From the NCBI GenBank assembly GCA_963667725.2, contig CAXXHO010000007.1:59434-123433 (forward strand): a DNA stretch of 64,000 nt, in the 5' to 3' direction. This DNA comes from Treponemataceae bacterium. Its GTDB lineage: Bacteria > Spirochaetota > Spirochaetia > Treponematales > Rectinemataceae. Positions within the stretch are counted from its first letter, which is position 1. Every line of letters starts with the position of its first letter. The translations under genes and the position numbers were made by a program. The notes below the pieces were generated by a model. The model did no database searches and was not told the origin of the DNA. It was given only the letters and a program-made list of their open reading frames with translations. Shown piece after piece: positions 18,994-29,094 of the stretch.

Positions 18994-19632
18994 ATGGACA
19001 TTATTCTGCGAAAAGAAACCATATCGGATTACAGGACCGTAGAAGAATTGACCCGCGAGGCGTTTTGGAACCTTTATATTCCCGGTTGTTCGGAACACTA
19101 CCTCGCGCATGTCATGCGGCAGCATGAGGATTTTATTCCTGATCTTGATTATTTGGCTTCAGTCGATGGAAAGATCGTCGGGAATATTATGTATACACGA
19201 TCCTGCGTGGTTGACGAAAATCGAGAAACGATGGCTACCCTTACTTTTGGTCCTGTCAGCGTACTTCCTGATTACCAAAGAATGGGCATAGGGTCGCGAT
19301 TGATAGAAAAAACGGTAGGCGACGCGAAAGCGAGAAAAGAGAAGGCGATAATTATTTATGGAAGTCCGAAGAATTATTGCAAATTCGGCTTTAAAAGTTC
19401 GAAGGATTTCAATATTTCGACAATGGATGGCAAGTATCCCTATGGCTTGTTGGTATTGGAGCTTGAAGAAGGAGCATTCAAAGGTCATAAATGGAAGTAT
19501 CGGGAAAGCGAAGTCTATAATGTGAAAACGAGCGAAGCTGAAGAGTTCGATAAGGGATTTATGTACAAGGGAAAAGGGTATCGCTACACCCAAGAAGAAT
19601 TCAGCATTTCATGCAGGGCGATAGTGGAGTAA
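18994..19632 (+). CDS. GNAT acetyltransferase
   Basis: TREAFWN...PG..EHYL; GPVSV.P.YQ..GIG. Confidence 0.9.
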   Translation: MDIILRKETISDYRTVEELTREAFWNLYIPGCSEHYLAHVMRQHEDFIPDLDYLASVDGKIVGNIMYTRSCVVDENRETMATLTFGPVSVLPDYQRMGIGSRLIEKTVGDAKARKEKAIIIYGSPKNYCKFGFKSSKDFNISTMDGKYPYGLLVLELEEGAFKGHKWKYRESEVYNVKTSEAEEFDKGFMYKGKGYRYTQEEFSISCRAIVE

Positions 19633-19691
19633 AATAAAACGGAGCGGGCGCCATGCGATTTCAGTTGCCAAACCGTACAGGAGAGTGAACG

Positions 19692-20174
19692 ATGCAGTAT
19701 CATCCTAAACGTGTTCGAAATGAGATAATCGATGCCAATGAAATTGAGCGAATCTTGACATCAGGCAATCACATCACGCTCGCCTTGTGCGATGGCGGCA
19801 TCCCTTATATTGTTACCATGAGTTATGGATACGATGCGGATAGGAAGAGTCTGTACTTTCACTGCGCAAACAGGGGAGACAAGCTGGATTTTATTGAGAA
19901 AAATGGCAATACCTGCGGGACAATAATAAAAGACAATGGATATCTCAAGACAAAATGCGATCATGATTACGAATCGTTGATCATCCGCGGCAAGATGAAA
20001 AAAGTCGAAGACCTTGAAGAAAAGAAGCATGGGCTTCAAATCCTGTTGAATCATCTGGAGGACGATCCCAAGCCGATATTTGACCGGAATATAAAGGATG
20101 ATGGGTCATACGACAAGGTGACGATCTTGCGACTTGACATGGAAACGGTGATAGGAAAGAAATATATTGGATAG
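19692..20174 (+). CDS. Pyridoxamine 5'-phosphate oxidase-like flavin-binding protein (NimA-like)
   Basis: PY.V.M.YGY; LYFHCA..G.K; YES.I..G. Confidence 0.85.
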   Translation: MQYHPKRVRNEIIDANEIERILTSGNHITLALCDGGIPYIVTMSYGYDADRKSLYFHCANRGDKLDFIEKNGNTCGTIIKDNGYLKTKCDHDYESLIIRGKMKKVEDLEEKKHGLQILLNHLEDDPKPIFDRNIKDDGSYDKVTILRLDMETVIGKKYIG

Positions 20175-20186
20175 GATGTCGAGAAT

Positions 20187-20549
20187 ATGAGAACATGGAG
20201 ACAAGGGATCATCGGAGCGATCAATTTGCCTCGCTCAGCCTGTCTATATGTGCATTGCCTCAAGTATCCTTTGGTCAAGGTTTACGATGAATATGAATCG
20301 GAACATGAAAAACTCGCTGGGTATCTCTTCAGCGTACTGGTCGACAAATCGGTGTTGAGAAGAATCGATAGGCTTGGCGAGTTGAAACTGTCAAAAGAAG
20401 AGAAGGACGAGGGCGACTCGTTTCTGTTTGATTCTAAAGAAAATAAAATATATCTACGGAAGCTTATTGACGGAGAGGACGCTTTGATGGAAAAACTGTA
20501 TGCGACGGAAGAGATTGTAGAAAAGTACTATGCGGTGAAAGGGGAATGA
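20187..20549 (+). CDS. Hypothetical protein
   Basis: 120-aa ORF co-oriented with the array; no recognised motif. Confidence 0.6.
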   Translation: MRTWRQGIIGAINLPRSACLYVHCLKYPLVKVYDEYESEHEKLAGYLFSVLVDKSVLRRIDRLGELKLSKEEKDEGDSFLFDSKENKIYLRKLIDGEDALMEKLYATEEIVEKYYAVKGE

Positions 20550-20585
20550 GCTTTTTCCCTTATGTCGAGCTGGGAAGGATGGTCA

Positions 20586-21011
20586 ATGGAACAGATCAAC
20601 GCAATTGAACTCAATGATGAGGGGGTTTATCCTGACAATTCCGTCCTCGAGAAAGTGTTGGGTGAAGCCTATCCCGCATACGTCGCCCTGATTGAGTTGT
20701 TCAATGAAAATGAAATGACGTACGAGTGGAGATACTATAGGGACGGCAATGCCTGGCTGTGCAAGGTGCAGAAGAAAAAACGAACGATAGTATGGATGTC
20801 GGCATGGAAAGGCTTTATGAAGGCAACAATATACTTTCCCGAGAAGCATGCCGCAGGCATTGAGGGGCTGGAGCTTGCCGATGAAACGAAGAGAAGAATA
20901 TCTGCCGCAAAAAATGTGGGAACCTCAAAGCCGTGCATGTTTGAAATTAGGGGCAAAGACGCGATAGAAGATATGAAAGTCGTCATGGCATATAAGCTAA
21001 ACACGAAATAG
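20586..21011 (+). CDS. DUF3788 family protein
   Basis: EWRYY.DG.AWL.K...KK.T..W. Confidence 0.75.
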   Translation: MEQINAIELNDEGVYPDNSVLEKVLGEAYPAYVALIELFNENEMTYEWRYYRDGNAWLCKVQKKKRTIVWMSAWKGFMKATIYFPEKHAAGIEGLELADETKRRISAAKNVGTSKPCMFEIRGKDAIEDMKVVMAYKLNTK

Positions 21012-21047
21012 CGGGGAATTCCCCGATACTTCGAAAAGGAAGGTAAT

Positions 21048-21509
21048 ATGGCAGACATCACTCCATTTCTCTGGTTTGACAACTGTGCGCTGGCGGCCGC
21101 GAAATATTATTGCGGCATTTTCAAAAATTCCAGCATTCAGGAAATATCATACAAAGGCGACCAGAAGGAAGACATCGATTCCAACATCCTTACAGTCAGT
21201 TTCATGCTTGCTGGCAGGAATTTTGTGGGGCTCAACGGCGGCGATGTCTTCAAGTTCAATGAGGCGGTGTCATTTTCCATCGCGTGCAAGAATCAGGAAG
21301 AAATTGATTATTATTGGGGAAAGCTCACCTTGGACGGAGAAGAAGTACAATGCGGATGGCTGAAGGATAAATATGGGTTATCGTGGCAAGTTGTTCCTGA
21401 AAACATGGGCAAGCTGCTGTATGATCCTGACCCAATAAAAGCGAAGCGCAAAATGGAAAAGATGCTTGCGATGAAGAAAATCAATATGCAGGAATTGGCG
21501 ACCGTGTGA
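21048..21509 (+). CDS. VOC/PhnB (3-demethylubiquinone methyltransferase-like) protein
   Basis: ITPFLWFD; LNGG..F.FNEA.SF; CGWLKDKYGLSWQ. Confidence 0.9.
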   Translation: MADITPFLWFDNCALAAAKYYCGIFKNSSIQEISYKGDQKEDIDSNILTVSFMLAGRNFVGLNGGDVFKFNEAVSFSIACKNQEEIDYYWGKLTLDGEEVQCGWLKDKYGLSWQVVPENMGKLLYDPDPIKAKRKMEKMLAMKKINMQELATV

Positions 21510-21579
21510 CATGGGCAAGTCCGACAGGCCCTGTCCAAGGGTTGCTGCATTCCTGGATCCAAGAGATTAAGGAGCCGCC

Positions 21580-21942
21580 ATGACCGATGCAAGCAAGGAT
21601 AAAAGGATTCGCGAGATGGAGTTCGGGAGCGTCTACCCTCTGTACGTTCAAAAGGCGACAAGAAAGGGAAGGACCAAGGAAGAGGTGGATGAGATCATAT
21701 TTTGGCTGACGGGATATGATAGACGGACACTTCAGGAACAGATGGATAATAAAAGCAGCTTTGAAACTTTTTTCGCTGAGGCGCCAAAGATCAACCCCAA
21801 CGCTTCAAAAATTACAGGATCGATATGCGGGATTCGCGTTGAAGAAATTGAAGATGGAGTAGTACGGAAGGTTCGATATCTGGACAAGCTGATAGATGAA
21901 CTGGCCAAGGGAAGAGCAATCGACAAGATCCTCAGGAAATGA
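21580..21942 (+). CDS. DUF2200 family protein
   Basis: [35 protein letters not shown]. Confidence 0.9.
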   Translation: MTDASKDKRIREMEFGSVYPLYVQKATRKGRTKEEVDEIIFWLTGYDRRTLQEQMDNKSSFETFFAEAPKINPNASKITGSICGIRVEEIEDGVVRKVRYLDKLIDELAKGRAIDKILRK

Positions 21943-22079
21943 CTGCGGTCACAGCGCATCAATATGAGGCATGTATTGGCTGGACGCCATCCTGCGAAAA
22001 GTTTCGCAATTTGTATTGCATCTCATTCATAAGTAAAGCAATATAGCCGCACATCACGGAATGGGGAGAATTCGACATA

Positions 22080-22736
22080 ATGCTTAAAGTAGCGCTGCGC
22101 TTTGGCAAATTGATATTGGGGCTTTTCCTATATGCTTTGGGAATAGTCCTTACAATAAAAGCAAATATTGGATATGGACCCTGGGAAGTCTTTCATGTGG
22201 GGCTCGGCAAAACAGTAGGCATCACGATTGGAAACGCAAGCATAATCGTGGGGCTTGTCATCATAGTCATTACATTGCTGATGGGGGAAAAAGTAGGGAT
22301 CGGGACAATCCTCAACATGGTTCTGATAGGGGTATTCCTCGATATGATACTGGCGGGCAATGTCATCCCAACGATGAATACGATGCTCTCAGGAGTCTTG
22401 GCGCTCATAGTCGGCTTGTACACAATATCATTGGGATCATATTTCTATATCGGCTCCGGTTTTGGCGCCGGGCCGCGCGATGGCTTGATGGTGGCGTTGA
22501 CGCGGAAGATAAAACTGCCGATAGGCGTTGTTCGCAGCAGCATCGAGCTGGTTGCGACGATATTGGGATGGCTCCTGGGAGGCATGGTCGGGATTGGGAC
22601 GTTGATATCTGGCTTTGCAATAGGCTTTTGCATCCAGAGCACCTTTAAGCTTTTGCGATTTGATCCCACAAAAATAGTCCACTCGACGATCAGGGAAAGC
22701 TATAGAGAAATAAAGCTGGTCCTCGCGGGAAAGTAG
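22080..22736 (+). CDS. YczE/YitT family membrane protein
   Basis: G.GPW.V...G; G.GPRDGLM; GG.VGIGT. Confidence 0.88.
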   Translation: MLKVALRFGKLILGLFLYALGIVLTIKANIGYGPWEVFHVGLGKTVGITIGNASIIVGLVIIVITLLMGEKVGIGTILNMVLIGVFLDMILAGNVIPTMNTMLSGVLALIVGLYTISLGSYFYIGSGFGAGPRDGLMVALTRKIKLPIGVVRSSIELVATILGWLLGGMVGIGTLISGFAIGFCIQSTFKLLRFDPTKIVHSTIRESYREIKLVLAGK

Positions 22737-22872
22737 AAAAGACGCCGATAGCGAGTCCAATCCGGCGAGGTCAATGTCCTGGTTCGCCCGCCTCGCCTTG
22801 CCCGCGAGGCATAGGCATGCCAATATACGCATTGTCGAATTGGCCAATGTCAGGAGAAAGGGGCTGCGCTTT

Positions 22873-23370
22873 ATGGATGAGCATATTCGCTTCGTCTGCA
22901 AGGAAGATGCTGCAAATATCGTTGAGATATACAACTACTATGTGCTGAATACGGAAATATCCTTTGAGGAAGATGCGGTCTCCGTGGAAGAGATGGGCGG
23001 GCGAATTGAGGAGAAGATAAAAAAGTTCCCTTGGATCGCATATGTGGAAGGTGGGGAACTTCTGGGATATGCCTATGCCGGCCAATGGAAAGAACGATCG
23101 GCGTATAGGCATACCGTCGAAGACACGATCTACGTGAGAGCGGGCGAGGTGGGCAGAGGCATAGGACGAAAGCTCTTCGAGGGCTTGCTGGAAGAACTGG
23201 CGAAAGACAAAGAAGTGCACGCAATCATGGGAGTGATCGCGCTGCCCAACGAGAAGAGCGTGCTAATGCATGAAAGGAATGGGTTCATAAAAGCGGCCCA
23301 TTTTAGGGAAGTTGGATTCAAGAACAACAAGTGGATAGATGTTGGATATTGGGAAAAGGTGATGGGCTAG
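22873..23370 (+). CDS. GNAT acetyltransferase (PAT/ArsN1-like)
   Basis: IYNYYV.NT.ISFEE; W..RSAY; IALPN..S...HE..GF; DVGYW. Confidence 0.88.
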   Translation: MDEHIRFVCKEDAANIVEIYNYYVLNTEISFEEDAVSVEEMGGRIEEKIKKFPWIAYVEGGELLGYAYAGQWKERSAYRHTVEDTIYVRAGEVGRGIGRKLFEGLLEELAKDKEVHAIMGVIALPNEKSVLMHERNGFIKAAHFREVGFKNNKWIDVGYWEKVMG

Positions 23371-23397
23371 TCGCCGCGGGGCGAGCCGGGAGACAAC

Positions 23398-24300
23398 GTG
23401 AAATCGTATATAGTATATCAGGTAGACTCGTTTACGGATACAATATTCTGCGGGAATCCCGCCGGGGTCGTCCTCAACGCGGATGGCTTGTCCGATGAGG
23501 ATATGCTGAGCATAGCCAGGGAATTGAACAACTCGGAAACATCATTTTTCTTTTCCCCTAAAGACGGGAGCTGCGACGGCGAGCTGCGTTATTTTACACC
23601 CAAAGTTGAAGTTCCGACCTGCGGACATGCGACGATAGCGGCGCTCTATGCGAAGGCTGTAGAGGAGAAAATGGGGAGCCGCTTGCTGAATATCCGGACT
23701 AGGGTCGGGGTACTCCCCATGGAAATAGCGAAAAAGGGAGATGATTACTCCGTTTGCATGACGCAGGGCAGGGTGGAAATCTCGGATTCCCTGGATGGCC
23801 CGTTGGCCGATGAACTGTTGACGGCCCTGGGGCTGAAAAAGGATGATCTTGACGCGAGGTGCCCCATGCAAATAGCCTCGACGGGACATTCCAAAGTGAT
23901 GATAGGCATCAAAAGCAGGACTGCCTTGAATGGGATTGTTCCCGATTTCGCCGGACTTGCGGAATTGAGCAAGAAAATAAAATGCAATGGCTACTTTGTC
24001 TTCACCTTTGACACGAGCGAAGGGCGCGCCTTGACTGAGGGACGGATGTTCGCGCCGGCGATCGGAGTCAATGAGGATCCCGTGACTGGAAACGCGAACG
24101 GGCCATTGGGCGCCTACTTGATTCACAACAAGATCGTGCGGGAAGAAAATGGGAAATTTGAGTTTATCGGGTATCAAGGGGAGCAGATGCATCGGCCTGG
24201 AAGAATAATGGTGGAAGTGACAGTGCGCGATGGAAAACCAGAGAAGGTAAAGATCGCCGGGCAAGCAAGGATTGTTTTTAGGACTGAAATTACTTTGTAA
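23398..24300 (+). CDS. PhzF family isomerase
   Basis: QVDSFT..GNPAGV; NSET; EV..CGHAT; EDPVTGNANGPLG. Confidence 0.92.
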   Translation: MKSYIVYQVDSFTDTIFCGNPAGVVLNADGLSDEDMLSIARELNNSETSFFFSPKDGSCDGELRYFTPKVEVPTCGHATIAALYAKAVEEKMGSRLLNIRTRVGVLPMEIAKKGDDYSVCMTQGRVEISDSLDGPLADELLTALGLKKDDLDARCPMQIASTGHSKVMIGIKSRTALNGIVPDFAGLAELSKKIKCNGYFVFTFDTSEGRALTEGRMFAPAIGVNEDPVTGNANGPLGAYLIHNKIVREENGKFEFIGYQGEQMHRPGRIMVEVTVRDGKPEKVKIAGQARIVFRTEITL

Positions 24301-24359
24301 AGCGGGAATTGTTCCGCATAAATGCTGGGCGACAATATGTTTGGAGATGCGAAGAGATT

Positions 24360-25142
24360 ATGGTAGGGATATTCTCATGGTATGGAATCCGGCAGGTGTT
24401 TGAAAAGCGCATAAAGGCGATAAAATGCGCGGGATTCGATGCGACTGCGATATGGATCGACGAGGACGGACAATGGGAGACCGATCCTGAAGATATGCCC
24501 AAAATCATAAGGGACAATGGCCTCATTCTCGAATATGCGCATGCGCCGTATAGCCGCTGCAATAGCTTGTGGGACCAGACTAAACATTGGGAGCTCGAGG
24601 AAGAGATTAAAAAGCACATCAATTATTGTTCAAGACATGGAATACCAATTCTGGTGACGCATCTCACCAAGGGATACAGGGTCAAGGAAGCAAATGAGCA
24701 CGGCCTCAACGCCCTAAAGAGGATTGTGTCCTACGCCAAGGACAACAACGTGAGCATCGCCGCAGAGAATACAAAGCAGAATGCAGTCGTTGAAAAGGTT
24801 TTTGCGGAGATAGGGGACAGGGCACTGGGCCTATGTTTCGATACGTCGCATGACAATTTATATAGCGACAGGAAATTTTCGCTTTTGGAAAAATACCACG
24901 ACAGATTGCTCTGCCTCCATATATCCGACAACGATGGGCGCATGGACGACCATTGGATACCCTACCAGGGCATGATCGACTGGAATGAATTTGTCAGGAA
25001 ATTCCCCAAAGAATACGGGGGAATACTTAATCTGGAAATACTCTCCAGGAACAAGGATGACGACGAAATGTCCGTATTGGGAGAGGCGTACGGTACTATT
25101 AGGGGCATTGAGGAGAAAATCGCATCGCGGCGCCAATGCTGA
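24360..25142 (+). CDS. Sugar phosphate isomerase/epimerase (AP endonuclease 2 TIM barrel)
   Basis: A.EN; CFDTSH; LHISDNDG..DDH..P..G.IDW. Confidence 0.85.
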   Translation: MVGIFSWYGIRQVFEKRIKAIKCAGFDATAIWIDEDGQWETDPEDMPKIIRDNGLILEYAHAPYSRCNSLWDQTKHWELEEEIKKHINYCSRHGIPILVTHLTKGYRVKEANEHGLNALKRIVSYAKDNNVSIAAENTKQNAVVEKVFAEIGDRALGLCFDTSHDNLYSDRKFSLLEKYHDRLLCLHISDNDGRMDDHWIPYQGMIDWNEFVRKFPKEYGGILNLEILSRNKDDDEMSVLGEAYGTIRGIEEKIASRRQC

Positions 25143-25206
25143 CGAGGCCGGACAAGCCTTGGAACGCCAATGTTCCCGCTGCGATAGGTTCGAAGGAGAC
25201 TAAGCG

Positions 25207-25776
25207 ATGAATTTGGCCATTACCATAATTAACTTGCTGAATCAGTTCCAAGCTGGATATTACGCCCGAGAGGCAAGCCGCCTCGACGAGTTCATGGAGC
25301 TGTTCACGCACGATGTGGAAATAATCGGAACGAATGGATCATATCCCGGAAAAGATGAATGGTACCTCGATCAGGTTGGCGCGCGAGCGCTCGTGTCGGG
25401 AGACTGGGAAGACTGGGGGGATTTGAAGATCGATTTTGACGCGGTGAGGATTCACGAAAGAGGAAATGTCGGCTGGGTGTCGATCCCCGCGACCGTGACA
25501 AAAATCATAGGCGATGACAACTATCAATCATATCTGGATTATGTAAAAAGCTACATGGATCTTCCAAATATTCCCGCCAAAAACAAGCTGCTCAACATAC
25601 TTCGGGGAGGTACCAACACCGTATTTGAGCTGAACCGAGGGGAGAAATTTGTCTGGCCCATCAGGATAACGGCCGTTGTATTAAATGAAGACAATGGCTG
25701 GAAATTCGCGCAGATGTGCTTCTCGTTTTCCACGATTTATTTTCCTGACGTTAGGGAATTCGAGAAGCTCGCATAA
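25207..25776 (+). CDS. NTF2/SnoaL-like protein
   Basis: FQ.GY..R; IGT...EW; R.TAV.....GWKF. Confidence 0.75.
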   Translation: MNLAITIINLLNQFQAGYYAREASRLDEFMELFTHDVEIIGTNGSYPGKDEWYLDQVGARALVSGDWEDWGDLKIDFDAVRIHERGNVGWVSIPATVTKIIGDDNYQSYLDYVKSYMDLPNIPAKNKLLNILRGGTNTVFELNRGEKFVWPIRITAVVLNEDNGWKFAQMCFSFSTIYFPDVREFEKLA

Positions 25777-25799
25777 TGAAGGCAAGCGCCGCAACAAGT

Positions 25800-25828
25800 T
25801 TGACACCAAGGTCGGCAAGTTGTATAAG
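25800..25828 (+). promoter_or_regulatory. sigma70 promoter in a distal cassette spacer
   Basis: TTGACA, 17 nt, TATAAG, followed by AGGAGG SD. Confidence 0.7.
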
Positions 25829-25850
25829 GCATTAAGGCCAGGAGGATGTC

Positions 25851-26432
25851 ATGAATCCTGAAGTCGATGATTTTCTTCGCAGCGAAAAAAGGTGGAAGGC
25901 GGAGTTTTCGAAGTTGAGGACGATAATCCTCGATTGCCGGCTTGAGGAAGGGGTGAAGTGGGGACAGCCCTGCTACTCGCTGGATGGCAAGAATATCGTC
26001 TTGATTCACGGATTCAAAGAATACTGCGCGATGCTTTTTTTCAAAGGCGCTCTGCTGAAAGACCCGAAACATGTTTTGATCACGCAAACGGAAAACGTCC
26101 AGGCGAGCAGGCAAATCCGATTTACGAACGCTGACGAAATAGCGGCGCTCGAGCCGACCCTGAAAGAGTACATCGCTGAGGCTATCGAGGTGGAAAAGTC
26201 GGGACTGAAGATAGCTTTTAGGGAAACGAAAGAGTTCAAAATGCCCGAAGAGCTGCAGGAGAAAATGGATGCGGTCCCCGGCTTGAGGGATTCGTTCAAT
26301 GCCCTGACGCCGGGACGGCAGAGGGCGTACATTCTGTTCTTTTCCGAGCCAAAGCAGGCGAAGACAAGGGTATCCCGGATAGAGAAGTATGTGGAGCATA
26401 TCATGGCCGGAAAGGGATTGCAGGATATTTGA
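25851..26432 (+). CDS. YdeI family (DUF1801 plus OmdA)
   Basis: KWGQPCY; IHGFKEYCA.LFFKGALLKD; LTPGRQRAY; KQAKTR. Confidence 0.92.
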   Translation: MNPEVDDFLRSEKRWKAEFSKLRTIILDCRLEEGVKWGQPCYSLDGKNIVLIHGFKEYCAMLFFKGALLKDPKHVLITQTENVQASRQIRFTNADEIAALEPTLKEYIAEAIEVEKSGLKIAFRETKEFKMPEELQEKMDAVPGLRDSFNALTPGRQRAYILFFSEPKQAKTRVSRIEKYVEHIMAGKGLQDI

Positions 26433-26495
26433 GGGGGCGGGTCTGCAAGCCTTGCGCGGCTTTTCGGAAAAGCGTGCTTTCCATAGGAGGAAGAT

Positions 26496-27125
26496 ATGGA
26501 GCTCAATCATCCAGAGTTGACGCAAACGGCGCTCGGCATCCTGAGGAGCGGCAGCACCTTCCAATGGTACTTCATCCCGCTTATGGCCTTCGCCGTCTAC
26601 GTGTATTTCTGTGAGATCGAAAAGAAGAATTGGAAAGGGATAGCTTCCGGCCTAGCCTTGTATTCCACGCATTGGGCCTACGAAATAGCCAACGCGCTGA
26701 TACAGCATTTTTCCGGACATGCGCTGTGGACCGTTCCCTCCGGGACCTCATTCTTGCTGCTCGTCGGCGTTGGCTGGGAATTGTCGATGATGTTCGCGGT
26801 GGCGGGCGTGATTTTCTCAAAAATACTTCCGGCGGATCCGAAGGCGGAAATATTGGGGATCAACAATAGGATCGCAATCGCGGTAGGCAATGCCGCGTTA
26901 TTCTCCATCATAGAGATTTTTCTCGCGAAGACGCCGGCATTTCACTGGGTGTACGGTTGGTGGGGTGCCCTGCCGGTGTTCATCACCGTGTACATTCCGT
27001 TCTTTTTGATGGCCAACTTCGCGTACGATTGGAAGCCCAGGACCCAGAAAATCGTGATAGGGTCGTTGGCTGCGGTCGACCTGCTCGCGATGGTCGTTTT
27101 TGCCGGCCTGCTGAAGTGGATTTAG
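26496..27125 (+). CDS. Multi-pass membrane protein of unknown function (paralog of 1692-2333)
   Basis: Shared motifs with 1692-2333; AGGAGG SD. Confidence 0.8.
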   Translation: MELNHPELTQTALGILRSGSTFQWYFIPLMAFAVYVYFCEIEKKNWKGIASGLALYSTHWAYEIANALIQHFSGHALWTVPSGTSFLLLVGVGWELSMMFAVAGVIFSKILPADPKAEILGINNRIAIAVGNAALFSIIEIFLAKTPAFHWVYGWWGALPVFITVYIPFFLMANFAYDWKPRTQKIVIGSLAAVDLLAMVVFAGLLKWI

Positions 27126-27151
27126 CGAAATCCGTCGACACGCGAGGCTTT

Positions 27152-27700
27152 ATGATACCGTATTCCCGAAAAAGACCGGAATTCTCGCTCTGCGGTCTCA
27201 ACTGTTCCTTGTGCCCCCGATTCCACACCGAGGGGACATCCCGGTGCCCCGGCTGCGGCGGATCTGGGTTTAGCCTGAAGCATCCTTCCTGCGGCGTGAT
27301 TTCATGCGCGAGGAAGAACGGCGATGTGGAGTATTGCTTTGAATGCGCCAAGTATCCCTGCGAGAAATACGCGCGGGATGGCGGGAAAGACTCGTTCATC
27401 ACGTACAAAAAGGTCGCCGAGGATATCGCCGCCGCGAAAGCCGACATCGAGGCTTATTTGGCTGCCCTTGGGAAAAAAGAAGCCATTCTCCGAGAGCTGA
27501 TCGCCCGATTCGACAACGGCAGGATGAAAGGATACTACTGCCTGGCGGTGAACTTGCTGCCCCTGGACGATCTCGCCGCGCTCGTCGATGGCGCGCGGGC
27601 GATGGAGGTCGACGATAAAGATTCGATCGCCTCCGCGCTGAAGGAAGGCCTTCGGGAAATCGCGGCCCGGCGCGGTATCGACGTGGCCTTGAGGCGGTGA
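27152..27700 (+). CDS. DUF3795 Cys-rich protein
   Basis: CGLNC.LCP..CPGC..C....CA..YCFEC..YPC. Confidence 0.85.
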   Translation: MIPYSRKRPEFSLCGLNCSLCPRFHTEGTSRCPGCGGSGFSLKHPSCGVISCARKNGDVEYCFECAKYPCEKYARDGGKDSFITYKKVAEDIAAAKADIEAYLAALGKKEAILRELIARFDNGRMKGYYCLAVNLLPLDDLAALVDGARAMEVDDKDSIASALKEGLREIAARRGIDVALRR

Positions 27701-27754
27701 AGACGCCGCTGACGCCGGCATAGGCTGCGGCGCGGAATAATTGAGAGGGGATTT

Positions 27755-28213
27755 ATGGATATCAGGACTATGACCATGGAGGATTACGGCGAGGTCTATG
27801 CCTTGTGGGCGTCGACGCCCGGCATGGGGCTCAACAGCCTCGACGACAGCCGGGAGGGTATTCAAAAGTATCTAAATCGCAATCCGGGCACCTGCTTCGT
27901 CGCGACAAACCAGGGACACATCGCCGGGGTGATCCTGAGCGGCCACGATGGCCGGAGGGGGTTCATCTACCACACGGCGGTCGCGATCAGCGAGCGCGGA
28001 AAAGGCTGCGGCAAGGCGCTGGTGGAGCGCGCGCTGGACGCGCTTCGCGCCGAGGGAATCAACAAGGTGGCGCTCGTGGTCTATGAGAACAACGATATCG
28101 GAAATGGCTTCTGGGAAGCCTTGGGATTCGATCGCCGACCGGATTTGACCTATAGGAACAAGGTGATCGCTGAGCGCCCCATGAAAGTACTGGACCCGAT
28201 CGCGGGACGCTGA
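27755..28213 (+). CDS. GNAT acetyltransferase (YpeA-like)
   Basis: GHDGRRG.IYH; GI.KV.L.V...N..GN.FW. Confidence 0.9.
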   Translation: MDIRTMTMEDYGEVYALWASTPGMGLNSLDDSREGIQKYLNRNPGTCFVATNQGHIAGVILSGHDGRRGFIYHTAVAISERGKGCGKALVERALDALRAEGINKVALVVYENNDIGNGFWEALGFDRRPDLTYRNKVIAERPMKVLDPIAGR

Positions 28214-28244
28214 GCGGTTGTCGCCCCGGTGATGGAAAACTATA

Positions 28245-28514
28245 ATGGAATGTAGGCCCGGCTGCGCAGGATGCTGCATTTATATTTCCATTTCCTCGCC
28301 GATCCCGGGGATGCCTGGGGGAAAGCCGGCCGGGATGCGCTGCGCGAACCTCGATGCGGCCAACCGCTGCAGGATTCATGGAAGCGGCGACTACCCCGCG
28401 GTATGCAGAGCCTTTTCGCCGTCGGAAGAGATGTGCGGAACCGACGACGAGCAGGCGCGCGATTATCTGATTTCCCTGGAAGCGCTGACAATGCCGCCCG
28501 AGCGAGCACATTGA
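28245..28514 (+). CDS. YkgJ family Cys-cluster protein
   Basis: CRPGC..CC...ISSPIPGMP.GKPAG.RC; P.VC..F.P..EMCG. Confidence 0.88.
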   Translation: MECRPGCAGCCIYISISSPIPGMPGGKPAGMRCANLDAANRCRIHGSGDYPAVCRAFSPSEEMCGTDDEQARDYLISLEALTMPPERAH

Positions 28515-28529
28515 GGAGAGAATTCATCC

Positions 28530-29033
28530 ATGAACACATTCATTGACGTTTTGATGTCGCGGCGCAGCGTTCGGCAGTTTTCCGGAGCCCAGGTAAGGCA
28601 GGAGGACCTTGAGCTGTTGACGAGGGCGGGCATGGCGGCTCCCACGGGGATGAACCTGCAGCCATGGTCTTTCATCGTCGTTACTGACAGGCGCAAAATG
28701 GATGCCCTGCGCGAGGGGCTGCCTTATGCGAAAATGCTGGACAAGGCGGGGGCGGCCATCGTCGTTTGCGGCGACCGGAGCGCGCATCATTGGGTTGAGG
28801 ACTGCTCCGCCGCGGCGGAGAATATCCTGCTCGCGGCCCATGCCCTGGGCTATGGGGCGGTATGGACGGCGGCGTATCCTTACGAGGACAGGATCGCGAT
28901 AGTCGGGAAGGAATGCGAGATTCCGCCCGAGTTCATCCCGCTCTGCGTCATTCCGGTAGGCGTTCCCCGCGGCGGGGCCGGCGCCGCGAAAGACAAGTAT
29001 CGGCCGGCGAGTGTCCATAAGGATGTCTGGTGA
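28530..29033 (+). CDS. Nitroreductase family protein
   Basis: RRSVR.F; AAPTG.N.QPW.F; DCSAA.ENILLAA..LG. Confidence 0.92.
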   Translation: MNTFIDVLMSRRSVRQFSGAQVRQEDLELLTRAGMAAPTGMNLQPWSFIVVTDRRKMDALREGLPYAKMLDKAGAAIVVCGDRSAHHWVEDCSAAAENILLAAHALGYGAVWTAAYPYEDRIAIVGKECEIPPEFIPLCVIPVGVPRGGAGAAKDKYRPASVHKDVW

Positions 29034-29094
29034 CCGGGGAGCAATCTGAAAAGACCGTGGACTCGAATTCATCGTGCTGTCAAAGGGGGACATC

